DNA of 64,000 bases, from positions 27,011,296 through 27,075,295 of the forward strand of contig JARDVH010000124.1 of NCBI GenBank assembly GCA_030324005.1, written 5' to 3'. This stretch comes from Negaprion brevirostris. Taxonomy: Eukaryota. Numbering within the stretch: the first letter of the stretch is position 1; each line of letters begins with the position of its first letter. Made by a program: the position numbers and the translations under genes. The notes beneath the pieces are model-generated. The model saw nothing but the letters and a program-made list of their open reading frames with translations, made no database searches and was not told the origin of the DNA. This document shows, piece by piece, positions 25,701 to 37,635 of this stretch.

Positions 25701-28700
25701 CACTGAAAATGCTCATGGTAGCTTTTCCCCATTTGCAAAGCCATTATGTACCCTGTAGGAGGTACATCTGCAAGTGCCACACAAATCACAATTTTAATAT
25801 CAAAGGTACCCCAGCTTGTCTGTGGCCCACTCAATCTTTTGTCTCATTCAGCAGCAGTGATTATACTAGTAATATTATTTGTCTCTCTACCATCTGCAGC
25901 TAAGTTAAAATAGCTAAATTTAAGCTAATTGTTTAGCACTTGCACAAGTAAATTTTCTTTGAGGTTTTAAGTTTCAAAAGGGTGACATTTGCAGATGCTG
26001 TTCATTATGTGAATTCAAATCAAGAACAAACCTGATAAATGAAACTATAAACATTGGGTGGAATAAAAGTTTAAAACAGATGCCCTCCAAATCACAGAGA
26101 TGCTGAACTTTAGCATTACCAGGTCATTATGGCTCTCACATTTGAGAAAAAGAGACTGATTGAAATTCTGCCAAAATGTGTGGGGAATGAGATTGTTTTC
26201 ATTCTGGTACAACTCAGATTAAACATTAGATCCAAATTTAAATTCAAGTGTTGTTTGTTCTGTAAAGTAGACTGGACTTGTTTTGATATTTGCTCTGTAC
26301 CATTCCTGTGCAGGGAATTTAATGCAATAGTGAAAAGAAAATATGAGCTTTGGAAATGCAGTTTCTGAATTCAATGTGACAGTTGGTTCAATGTTTGAGG
26401 CATGTGTGGACTCTTAAATGCAGTAATGGTCGTCACTGCTTTATGACACAGGTTTACAAAGTTTCCCACTTCTTGATATGAATTTCCTGACCAATATTGA
26501 AAACAGCCCTTATACAATGTCAAGTTGGGGTTCAGTGAGTGGACCCACTCTTTATGCCTATTGACCTTCTTGTTCCAGGCACTGCTTTATTTTATGTTTT
26601 TCCTAAACTTGACAAAAACTCAAGGACATTTTTGTCAAGAAATACAAGGTGGCAACCTTGCTTTATGGACTTACCCCTGCCCCTCCCATCTTCTGACCCT
26701 CTCACTTTTGGTCACCTTTATTCCCTTGTTCCCTCTCTCCTTGCTGTAGCTCAATATCATTTAATACATTTATCCACATCCTTTGTAGACCATTAAATAT
26801 ACATAACACACTTGTATTTCCTGCTACAGTAAATGGCTGCTCATATCTATCAATAACCTGTCTCTCCTATTCTCCTTAAAGCTAAGATATGGCCAGATTG
26901 CTTTGACTACACAGGTAAGATAGATTGCTTCAAATAAAAAAGGGTAAAACAGATGGTTCTTCACTCCATAGCCACTATCACCGCTCGTCTATAGGTCACA
27001 ACAAGATATACCCATGACAAACCATGTCACAAATGGAACACATTCCCACTTGTACAGGTTAATGCTAACCAAAGTTATGTGATAATTACTTAAAGTATAT
27101 TGAAGGTTATGGACAGAAAGGAGACAAATTGGGACAACACAAAATAGGTCTCAGAGGAGTATAAATTCAGCATGAGCAGAAAGCCCAAACAGCCAAATTG
27201 TCCACCAGTGCTAATTTCTGATTACAGATTCCATTATAGTACACTATCGTAGTGTGGCTGAGAGCTGATAAAATGTAACTCTTCCAACAACTGTGGGTGA
27301 ATTTTGCTGATGGGCAGTCCTGAATTTGTGCCAGTGATCATCTGATTGGGAAGCCAGCGGTGAACTGCTTTGTGTCACTGGGTTGTTTGTCTATAATCAT
27401 TCATTGTTTTGTAATAAATAAATGATTAAACAAAAATGGGATTAAATGGGAAAAAAATGGCAGCAAAGATCAATAACAATGAAACAATGCAAATACTTGA
27501 GGGGAAAATAAAATGTTGCCACAAATGCATTATTTCTCTTTAAGAAAATAAATGCACATAATAAATACGTTAAAACAATTACTTGGCTTCTTTTTCCCTT
27601 TCAGCAATGTGCAATAGAAATTCTCCTTCTGTCCTTAAGCATCAATACAATGGATCAAAATAAAGTAAAGAACATTTGTTCTCTTGCATTACTGTTCATT
27701 AAACAGTTAAAGTGAGGAATAATACTTGCCTCAGAGTTTGCTATGGGGCTATAACATTTTGGAAGTTAGAATAACATGAAAACACACACCAGTGAATGAA
27801 TTCACAGCCATCTTTGAAGGTAGTACAAACCCAGAGTATATTCCCAGATATTCAGTAATCTTTAAAATAAATGGACCTCTCTTCTTCCTTCAAGTGAAAA
27901 TTTGTATTCTTTTTTGATTTGTGCTTCATTGCATGGAAATTCCACAAGGATTCTACTGATGTCCCAGAGTAATTCCAGTCGGAGACCAGTGGAAATTCCA
28001 GGCAATTTTAAACAGTTATTTGCACCATTTCCTTGGGAGATCCACCTGCCTTGTTCTAGCAGGAGGATTTCCAGGCCCATTCTTTACCGTACTCAGCACG
28101 GTGATTAGTACGTTTTGTCACTGTGAGATTTGGAGAGAGAATTTGATGATGCAAGACCATTTTTTTTTAAATCAGAAAATAACAGTAAATTAGAATTTGA
28201 TGTCTCTTGTTCTGATGCCAGGGTGTAATTTACAATTTGAATTTTGCACCAGTAGATCTACACTTTCCTCTTTACCCATTTATACCTAGCATATCTTGGC
28301 TCAATAATAAACAGCAAACTTATAGGGATCACAATAATTGCCTCTTCCTTGTGGCAATATTATTTATATTGTTTCACTTCCCATCTTTCACGAGCTTGAA
28401 GATGAATGAGATTCTGAGTTATTCACCTGCTGCAGAGAAGTAAATTTGCACATAACTGCATGTATTGTGAATATTTTTGTGTCAATACATACAATTAATA
28501 TTTTACTGAATGTAATATGTCTTCATTGTTTTTCAGCATCTGTGCATTTGTGATTCATTTTTGACTCATTGAAATTTACACTGTTAAAACCAGATGAATT
28601 GCCATTCCTCTTGATAAGGCCAAGTTATTTTCTATGGGAGTTATCTCTTTCACTTTTTACATAGTAGCTGCATTCTCAACAACTATGGCCTGGAAATCCA

Positions 28701-28949
28701 CGATGGTGCCATACTTCATTGCTCCTGGCGGGTCTTAACTTTTGTCTGGTGTTGCAAATATTTAATTCATGGTTTCATGTTAATATTTCAGAGGCAACAT
28801 TTAGTTCTGAAAGATTATTGTTGTAAAGGTAAGGACATTAAAATGTTGGGCTTTAGTGATTTCAAGACATCTAAAGAAACAGTTCAAAAGTTTATCATTG
28901 TTAGAACCATTAAAAGCAGTTGGGATTGCTTAGCTGAAGAAATTGTAAA

Positions 28950-29075
28950 TGAGGACAGAAAACACTGGATAAACTCAACAGATCTGGCAGCATCTGTGGA
29001 GAGAGAAACAACAGTTATTGCTTTGTGTCCAATGATCCTTTTACAGCATCTGCAGTATTTTGCTTTTTGTTGTAA
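28950..29075 (-). mobile_element. Penelope-like terminal fragment
   Basis: ctcaacagatctggcagcatctgtggagagag, shared with 29627-29660; ends cagcatctgcagtattttgcttttt. Confidence 0.6.
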
Positions 29076-29160
29076 ATGAGGTTTGGTAAGCTGAAAGGTC
29101 AGTTTGAGGATAGCCCAGAATAGATTGGGTCATTGTGGAGCTAACAAAGGTTTCAGTTTT

Positions 29161-29560
29161 GAACATAGAACAGTTCTGCACAGGAACAGGCCCCTCAGGC
29201 CACAATGTTGTGCTCAACATGATACCAGATTAAACTAATCCCTTCTTCCTGGCCTTGGTCCATATCCCTCTATTCCTTGCATATTCATGTGCTTATCCAA
29301 AAGCCCCTAACATATCTCCTACACCACCAGCCTTAGCAGAACGTTCCAGATATCTACCACTCATATCCTTCACATATCCTTTGAAATTCCCCCTCTCACC
29401 TTAAGTGCACGCCTCCTAGTATTGGACTTTTCAACTCTGGGAAAAAGATTCTGACTGTCAACCCCATCTATGCCTCTCAATTTTATAAGCTTCTATGAGG
29501 TCTCCCCTCAGCCTATGCTGCTCCAGAAAAACAAACCTAGTTTGTCCAGCCTCTTCTTAT
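29161..29560 (-). mobile_element. CR1 LINE 3' end
   Basis: aacatagaacag..acaggaacaggccc tail in antisense, then the reverse complement of the LRGDLIE region. Confidence 0.85.
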
Positions 29561-29564
29561 AGTT

Positions 29565-29790
29565 CAATAAAAGTAAATTTCTGCAGATGCTGGAATCTAA
29601 AACCAAAAGAGAAAATGCTGGAAAATCTCAACAGGTCTGGCAGCATCTGTAAGGAGAGACAAGAGCTGACGTTGAGCCCAGATGACTCTTTGTCAAAGCT
29701 AAAAGGCGTAGAAAAGGGGGAGATATTTACACTGCAGGGTGAAGGAGTGAAAGATGAGTCATAGCCACAGAAACCAGGGAAACCAGCTAA
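29565..29790 (-). mobile_element. Penelope-like terminal fragment with degenerate hammerhead
   Basis: ctgcagatgctggaatct..aaatgctggaaaatctcaacaggtctggcagcatctg. Reverse of 29664-29700 reads agct-ttgacaa-agagtcatctgggctc-aacgtc-agct. Confidence 0.7.
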
Positions 29791-29825
29791 CTGGGGGAGG
29801 GAAGTAGTTTCATCCATTTAGATCT

Positions 29826-30060
29826 TTCATTCCTGGCTTGGGTCACTGCTCAGAGTTTGCATGATCTCCCCATGTCTGCATGGGTTTGCTCCAAGTCCTC
29901 TGGCTTCCTTCTACAGTTTGAAAGACATGCTGGTTAGGGGTATTGGCCATGCTAAATTCTCCCTCAGTGTGTATGAATAGGTGCCAGTGTGGCGTGACTA
30001 AGGGATTTTCACAGTAACTTCATTGCAGTGTTAATGCCAACCCACTTATGACATAAATAA
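29826..30060 (+). mobile_element. HE1-like SINE (alternative tail)
   Basis: Shared body plus tail cacagtaacttcattgcagtgttaatgccaacccacttatgacataaataa. Confidence 0.85.
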
Positions 30061-30085
30061 TGATGTGAAGATGTTGGCATTGCAT

Positions 30086-30160
30086 AGTAAGAAGTCTCAC
30101 AACACCAGGTTAAAGTCCTTACTTGGAATCATTAGCTTTTGGAGCATTGCTCCTTCATCA
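30086..30160 (-). mobile_element. Penelope-like terminus
   Basis: agtaagaagtctcacaacaccaggttaaagtcc..ggagcattgctccttcatca; reverse homolog of 48480-48570. Confidence 0.7.
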
Positions 30161-30164
30161 TAGA

Positions 30165-30497
30165 TTCATAGAATTACAGAATCTCTACAGTGCAGAAGGA
30201 GGCCATTCGGCCCATCGAGTCTGCACCCATCACAATCCCACCCAGGTCCTATTTCCATAACCCCACATATTTACCCTACTAATCCACCTGACACTTGGGT
30301 CAATTTAGCATGGCCAATGCACCCTAACCAGCACACCTTTCAGACTGTGGGAGGAAACTGGAGCACCCGGATGAAACCCAAGCAGACATGGGGAGAACAT
30401 GCGGACTCCGCACAGACAATGACCTAAGACAGGAATCAAACCTGCATCCCTGGCACTGTGAGGCAACAGTACTAACCACAGTACCATCATGCTGCCC
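30165..30497 (-). mobile_element. HE1-like SINE (CR1-type tail)
   Basis: Full head, body and tail. Confidence 0.9.
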
Positions 30498-31019
30498 CAT
30501 GTTATGCACTAAAGCCTGGGTTCAGGTACAAGGTACTTCACTCAGTATCTAGAGGAATACCAAGAGTAAGAGAGGTGCAGACCTCTAAAAACTAATCTGG
30601 CTCATGTATCGTTAATATTGCACCCCAGAAATTGTTACAATTTTGTTTTAAGATGCTTTAGTTCTCGATGAACTCTGGTAGAAAATTGATTATATCTTGT
30701 GTTGAGTAAAAAACCATGAAATATAATTCTTGACCCAAGTGCAAACAATGTAATAAACAATATTTTGTGGTATTGGAATTCAACGAATGTGTTAGGTTTG
30801 CCTTAACTTGCAGTTGGCTGTAGTGCTGACTACATTTTATAGGCCAATGTTCCTCATTATAGAGCCTGGGGAACACCCAGTTCCTAGGCACTGCCGAGAA
30901 GGAGAGGGAGGGAACTGCCTTTTCCTTCTGCATTGCCTCAGCACTTTCAGCCCTTTTTAAAGCTGGTCTGCTTGGATCTGCACATGAAACAATGTTCCGA
31001 TAGAACATTGAGGCAAAAG

Positions 31020-31343
31020 AGGCAGCATGGTGGCACAATGGTTAGCACTGTTGCATCACGGCGCTGGGGACCTGGGTTCAGTTCCAGACTCGAGTCACTG
31101 TCTGTGAATGTTTGCACATTCTCCCTGTGTCTGTGTGGGTTTCTCCGGCTGCTCTGGTTTCTTCCCACAGTCCGAAGATGTGTGGGTTATGTTGATTGGC
31201 CGTGCTAAAATTGACCTGAGTGTCAGGGGATTAACAGGGTAAATAAATGGAGTTATGGGGATAGGGCCTGGGTGGGATTGAGGTCGGTGCAGACTTGATG
31301 GGCTGAATGGCCTCCTTCTGCGCTGTAGGGATTCTATGATGAT
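31020..31343 (+). mobile_element. HE1-like SINE (CR1-type tail)
   Basis: ggcagcatggtggcacaatggttagcactg...gggctgaatggcctccttctgcgctgtagggattctatga. Confidence 0.92.
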
Positions 31344-31354
31344 CTTATGAAAAA

Positions 31355-31612
31355 AGTTGTGCAAATTTAACACTGAGATGAGGAAGAATTTCTTCTGTTG
31401 GGGGATGTGATTCTTTGGAATTCCTTGCCACAGAGAGCTCTGGGGGTAGAGTCTTGTGATTGTTTAAGGCTGAGATTGATAGATTTTTGATTAGTAAAGG
31501 AATCAAGGGTTTCAGGAAAAGGGCAGAAAGGAATGTTGGTTTAATCATGATCCTACTGAATGGCGGACCAAGCTCAAGGGGCCAAGCAGCCAACTCCAGT
31601 TCTTATTTCTTA
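31355..31612 (+). mobile_element. CR1 LINE 3' fragment
   Basis: gagatgaggaagaatttcttc..tggaattccttgccacagaga..tttaaggctgagattgatagatttttg; homologous to 37385-37620. Confidence 0.85.
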
Positions 31613-32931
31613 GGTCTTATAAAGGGTGAACTGTGTCCAGCATGGACAAGGAATAAAAGGGAAATGTGCACAGTGTGCTATCTTGCCTGCTCTGGTGAAG
31701 ATGTGGAGCATTCTGTAGTACTGTTCTACAATACTAATGGTGAGGGAGTCGGCAGTCTGTGGCAGTGCCACCTTCTCCATAACCTAAGTGAAAACGCTGG
31801 TAGCATCCACACCCAGGAATCGGTTCATCTTGCCTTCGGTGAGCTCCTGAATAACAGGAGCTCACCTTTGACTTGGTGCCATGCTGTACTACCCACTGAG
31901 TGCAGATAGTGTACAATTAATAATGCTCCTGTAGAAATATGATAAAAATATTGCTAAGACACGCGGTGTAATTATTTGACAGTGCAGCACATAGGGACTG
32001 TTCTACTCTTACTGCCTCGTCTTCTGGTAAACAATTGCCTTTTTGAAGATTGTACAGAAGCATCTAAGGCAGTTCAGTTGCTTAAACCAGTTTTACATCA
32101 ATCCTGCACCAATTGATGTGCGAGTGAAGAGACCTTGGAAATATGTGTACATCTCCCTCTAGAGACCATCAATGGGTTCAACACTTTTATAACAACAGTA
32201 GTGTGACTATTGGTTATACTCCAGCTATAATACTTAAAATTATATTTAGGAAGTGAACTTTAGTTTGAACTGGTTAGAATTTGAGAATTTTGCTAAGACT
32301 TTTAAAACTACAGCAATTCCAAATTGTAACGAGTTGCAGTTATACATTGGCTTTAACATTGAGAAAAGTCCCAACTTCTTTAGCCTTATTACTGGGATGT
32401 ATCCATCACAAAACAGGTATCACATTTGTGTATGAATCAGCTGATTGGCACAAATATCATTTTCCCAAAAGAAGAAGGGTAGGATTTGCCCAGCCTCAGT
32501 GTGGTGGACAGGGAGGGCAGGGAAAATAGCAGGCAGTTATTTTCCCAACAGCAGAACTGAGTGCAGAGAGACTGCCTGACGAAAAAGGGGCAGGCAGCCA
32601 ATTTAAGTATTTAAGAACCCAATTAGGATTGATTCTTCAGGCATGCCGGTGGGGCCTCCCCTGGGGTAACAAAGAACCATCCAGATTGGCTTGCCTGCCT
32701 GCCTGCTTGGCCCCTTTGATTTTCATTTTATTAATTTTCTCTGTGTCCTCTCAATCCCCAAGCTGTCTCAGCAGCTTGGGGATTGCATGCCGAAGCATGC
32801 CTGGCAGGGCTACTGAGGCTCCAAAGCTGCCAGCCTCCTGATTGGACTGGCAGCTTCAGGAGGTACAACAAGCCTGGAGGCATCCAATTAGGAGACGAGT
32901 TCTGGTGAAATTATGAAAGCTGTCCTGCTGC

Positions 32932-33190
32932 CAGCACGGTAGCACAGTGGTTAGCACTGCTACCTCACAGTGCCAAGGACCTGGCTTCGATTCCAGTCTT
33001 GGGTGACTGTGTTGAGTTTATACATTGCCTGGGTTTCCTCCGGGTGCTCCGGTTTCCACACACAGTCCAAAGATGTGTAAGTTAGGTGGATTAGNNNNNN
33101 NNNNAGAGGGGGGGGTGGGGGGCCTCAGCAAGTCAGTGCAGACTTGAAGGGCCAACTGGTCTCCTTCTGCATTGGAAGATTCAATGATGA
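32932..33190 (+). mobile_element. HE1-like SINE with internal gap
   Basis: cagcacggtagcacagtggttagcactgct head; tail ctccttctgcattggaagattcaatga. Confidence 0.85.
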
Positions 33191-33855
33191 CATCTTTATG
33201 AACTACAGGCTCATATCCTCCATTTTGTCCCAAAGTAGGATCACAATATCTGTATCTGTGTGCACCAAATTACAATTTACACAAATTAAAACAATGGCAA
33301 GCAAGTATTCTGTAACCTCACCAGTCTGGAAACTTATTGCTCAGAGACACGATTGTCCACAAATCTTTTGAACAGAATCATCTGTCCCCTTGATTTCAGT
33401 TTCATCATTTTAATACAGTACTTTNNNNNNNNNNACTTTGGCAGTGGAAACATGAAGATACAACATTTGGGTCAGTAACACAATTTCTATTAGTGTATAA
33501 TTTTTTTTATCACTATTTTATGTTTCAGGTAAATATTTATAGCTATAGTGTTTTCTAGTTCACACACTTGTCATTAAGCATTCTAATGTCATTCTATAAT
33601 CCAGAAATTTCCAAAATCCAGTAATGACTCATTTCTAACACTTGCAGATTGGTGGTTACAAACATTATAAAGAACTGCCAAAGAGGGACAAACCTGCAGC
33701 AATTATGAATCAGCAGATGGAATGAAATGACCAACAAGGAGATTAACCATTGAAATCATTCCAAATACTTTTGGTCTCTATTTTGGCCCAAATCTTTCAA
33801 TCAGGGTTGAACCCATTGTATTTGACACCAATCAGAGAGAAATCTACCCATTTCC

Positions 33856-34041
33856 TGTAGCATAAGGGGTTAATATTAAATATGTAGTTTACCTCATCAA
33901 TGACATAGCATCACATGACAACAGAGCATGGCGAGAGATAATTCCATGTAGAATCTCTTGCTGAGCATGTATTGTACATAATTAGTATAATAGTTAATAA
34001 AACGTGAAGTTTACCAACATTATCTGAGAATTTCCACGACA
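33856..34041 (+). mobile_element. Possible short solo LTR
   Basis: tgtagc...aataaaa...ccacgaca (TG..CA, with a polyA signal near the 3' end). No TSD seen. Confidence 0.3.
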
Positions 34042-34309
34042 AAGGGACTTGTGCATGAGTGACTTCAACCTGTAATTTGATCACCAAACTAAACCTGTAT
34101 CAATCTGTTTAATAAGGACTTTTAAAATACAAGGATGACACTGGCTAAAGTTGTTCACCATAAGTCACCATAAGTTGACCAGTTTCATGGAAAGCTCTTA
34201 CATGAATAAAACATGCAAAAACATCATTCTCTTGGAATGTTACATCTAAGAATGTCTAATTTCAAAAGAAAATTTCTGTAAAGGTATTGGACTGAAAGGT
34301 ACTCTCATG

Positions 34310-34670
34310 GGAAGGCAATGGTATAGTGGTATTGTCACTGGACTACTAATCCAGAGACCGGGACAATGCCCTGGAAACCGAGGTTCAAACCCCACCATGG
34401 AGACAGTGAAATTTGAATCCAATAAAAACTGGAATTAGAAGTCTAATAATGACCATGGAACCATTGTCAATTTGTCGTAAAAATCCATTTGTTTCACTAA
34501 TGTCCTTTAAGGAGAGAAATTTGCATCCTTATCTGGTCTTCCGATCCACAGCAATATGATTGATTCTTAACCTTCTCCTTAAATAGCCCAACAAGCACTT
34601 GGTTCAAGAGTGATTAGGGTTGGGCATTAAATCTTGGCCTAACCAGCGACACCCACATCTTATAAATTAA
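34310..34670 (+). mobile_element. Second tRNA-derived SINE family
   Basis: A-box tggtatagtgg, B-box ggttcaaaccc; body unrelated to the HE1-like copies; A-rich end. Confidence 0.75.
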
Positions 34671-35116
34671 TATAAAAAATAACTGCTTCTATAGGACAAT
34701 AGCCAAGATTCTCTGGCCCACTTTGCTGCTCGAGTAGTGCAGCAAGGCAGAAGACATCAGTGGGAGACCTGTAGCAGGACTTGTGACCAGTGTCCAGCTG
34801 ATTCCGAGTCTCCCAGGCCACGTTTTTAGATGTAATCAGCCTCATGCCGGAAAACGGTGCAGACTGTTTACCATATTGAAATTATCATTTCTATATGATT
34901 AGTAAACCAGGGACAATAGTCTCCAGTGTCTTCCACAACCTGCCAGGAGAGGTTCCCACCAGTGGAGTTTACAACTGGTCCCCATCAACGGGAATCAAGC
35001 ATGATCACCCTGCTGGNNNNNNNNNNNNNNNNNNNNNNNNNNNNNNNNNNNNNNNNNNNNNNNNNNNNNNNNNNNNNNNNNNNNNNNNNNNNNNNNNNNN
35101 NNNNNNNNNNNNNNNN

Positions 35117-35207
35117 AGATAGGTCTATAGATTGGTAGGTGTTGATGTGATCGGCGCAACTCGTGGGCCGAAGGGCCTGTTTGTGCTGTAGTGCTCTATG
35201 TTCTATG
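35117..35207 (+). mobile_element. CR1 3' tail next to an N-gap
   Basis: gggccgaagggcctgtttgtgctgtagtgctctatgttctatgt. Confidence 0.8.
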
Positions 35208-37635
35208 TAACAAAGGGAGCCTTGATGAGGAATTTTTGGAATGTTTTCAGGATACTTTCTTAGAACAGCAAATTCAGGTGTCAACAGAGAGGAGGCTATA
35301 CTAGATCTGGTATTGTGCAATGAGATAGGATTAATTGACAATCTCAGAGTGAATCTTGTGAGGAGCAGGAGCTGGAAGATTACCAAGTTTAAGGCTAGTG
35401 CGAGAATTGAAGTAGGCCTCGTAATGTCTTCAGCAAAGAAAATAACCAGAGAAGCTTGAAAGTATTGGAAAAATAACTTGAAAAGGGGGCTTGCACAGGG
35501 CCTATTGGGGAAAACAAAAGCAGTAATCATAATGTAACTGAATTTAACATTATTTGAGACAGAGAAGTGAGTATAAGACTAATATTTTAAACTTAAATAC
35601 GGGAAATTATGAAGAGACGAAAGCATAGTCAGCTACAGTGAAATCAAAATTAGGATAAGCAATAGGTCGATAGAGATGCAGTGGTCAACATTTAAAGGGA
35701 TATTTCCGAATACACAGAATTGATACATTCCAATGAGAAAAAGTTTCAAAGGGGAGGACCTATCATATATGGTTAATTAAGTTAAAGATAGTATCAAACT
35801 TAATGAAAGGACATATCATTGCGCGAGGAAAGGTGGCAGATCAGAAAATTGGACAGAATATCATAAAATGAATGACTAAAAGATTAATGAGGAGAGGAAC
35901 ATTATATTTCTAGCTGGCTTTCTCTCATACTTTTGGTAGACATTTCCTATAGATATTTTAGAAAGAGAGGAGTTAAGAAAGTGAGCTTTGGTCCTACAAA
36001 AAGTGAGGCTGTAGAATTAATAATAAAAAGATGAGATGGCAAATGAATTGAACAGGTATTTTGCATTCACTCTAGAGGATACAGTAACATCCCAGACATA
36101 GCTCCAAATCAGGAAATGGAAGGGAGGGAGGAACTCAGGGAAAATAACAATTACCAGGGAAGTGGTACCAAACAAATTGTTAGATCTGTCTAAGAAGTCC
36201 TTGGGTCCTGGTGGACTTCATCCAGTCTTAATGTAAGCAGCTAGTGAGAGAATTGATGCTTTGATTTTAATTTTCCAAAATATCAAATTTAACTCCGTTA
36301 TTCAAAAGGGGAAAGATATAGAAAGCAGGAAACTACCTTAACATCTGTCGTAGGGAAAATGTTAAAGCAGACATTATAACTGAGCACTTAGATACTTTCA
36401 AGGTAATCAGGCAGAGTAAACGCAACATAGTTTTGTGAAAGGGAAATCACGTTTGACCAATTTTTTGGAGTTCTTTGAAGAATAACAAGTGCTGTGGGTA
36501 AAGGGGAACCAGTGAATGTACTTGACTTAGACTTCCATCAAGCTTTTGTTAAGGTACCCGATCAGACTATGATGTAGTGGGCAACATATTGGAATGGATA
36601 ACAGATTAGCTAGCTTAACAGGAAATGGAGAGTAGGTATAAATACATCATTTTCTGTTTGGCAAGATGCAAGAAGTGGTGTGCCACAGAGATCAGTGCAG
36701 GAACCTCAGTGGTTTGCAATTTATATAACTGAGTTGGATGAAGGCATCAGAGATATGGTTTCTAAATTTGCTAAGTTGTGAAGCAGACATAAGGAAGTTA
36801 TAAAGAGACCAGTTAAGAGACTGAGCAAAGATCTGGCAAATGGAATATAATGTAGGAAAATGTGAAATTGTCCCTTCAGGCAAAAAGAATTTTAAAAAGC
36901 AGGTTATTACATGGTGAGAGATTGCTAAGCTCTGGGATGCAAAGGAATCTGGGTGCCCTAGTGCATGAATCACATAAGGTTTGTTTCCGGATGCAACAAG
37001 TAATTAGAAAAGCTTATAGAATCTTACTGTTTATTGCAAGGGGGATCAAATACCAAAGTAGGGAGGTTTTGCTTCCAGGAAATACTGGGAAATGGTGCTA
37101 TCAGATCTGTAGTACTGTACACATTATTGGCCTCCTTATTTAAAGAAAGTGAAAATGCATTGAATCAGTTCAGAGAAGTTTACTAGACTAATACCTTGTT
37201 TGGGTGGGTTCTCTTATGAGGAATGGTTGGACTGGCTAGACTTATATTCACTGAAGTTTAGAAGAGCAAGAGGCAACTTGACTAAAACATAAGATCCTGA
37301 GGGGTCTTGACAGGGAAATAATATTTCCTCTTTTGGTGAAGCCAGAACTAGGGCTCTGTTTAAAAATAAGGGATTGTCTATTTAAGACAGAGATGAGGAG
37401 AATCTTTTCTCTGAGGTTCAGGAATATTTGGAACAGTCTTCCTCAGAGGGCAATGGAAGTCAAATCAAGCAGAGGTAGATAAAATCTTGATAAACAAGGG
37501 GATGAAAGGTTATCGGAGGTAAACAGCAATGTAGTGTTGAGCTATAAGCATGAGCGTCTTAATGAATGATGAAGCGAGCTTGAGAAATGGAGTGGCCTAC
37601 TTGAGCTCCTAATGCATATGTCAATATGTATGTTT
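35208..37635 (+). mobile_element. Decayed CR1 LINE ORF2 (endonuclease end, RT, 3' UTR)
   Basis: NREEAILDLVLCNEIGLIDNL; FVKGKSRLTNFLEFFE; WQMEYNVGKCEI; QRNLGALVHESHK; tail atatgtcaatatgtatgt. Confidence 0.9.

Noticed and set aside
31020-31100. tRNA genes (A/B boxes) here and at other SINE heads
   Set aside because: No cloverleaf or acceptor stem; they continue into SINE bodies.
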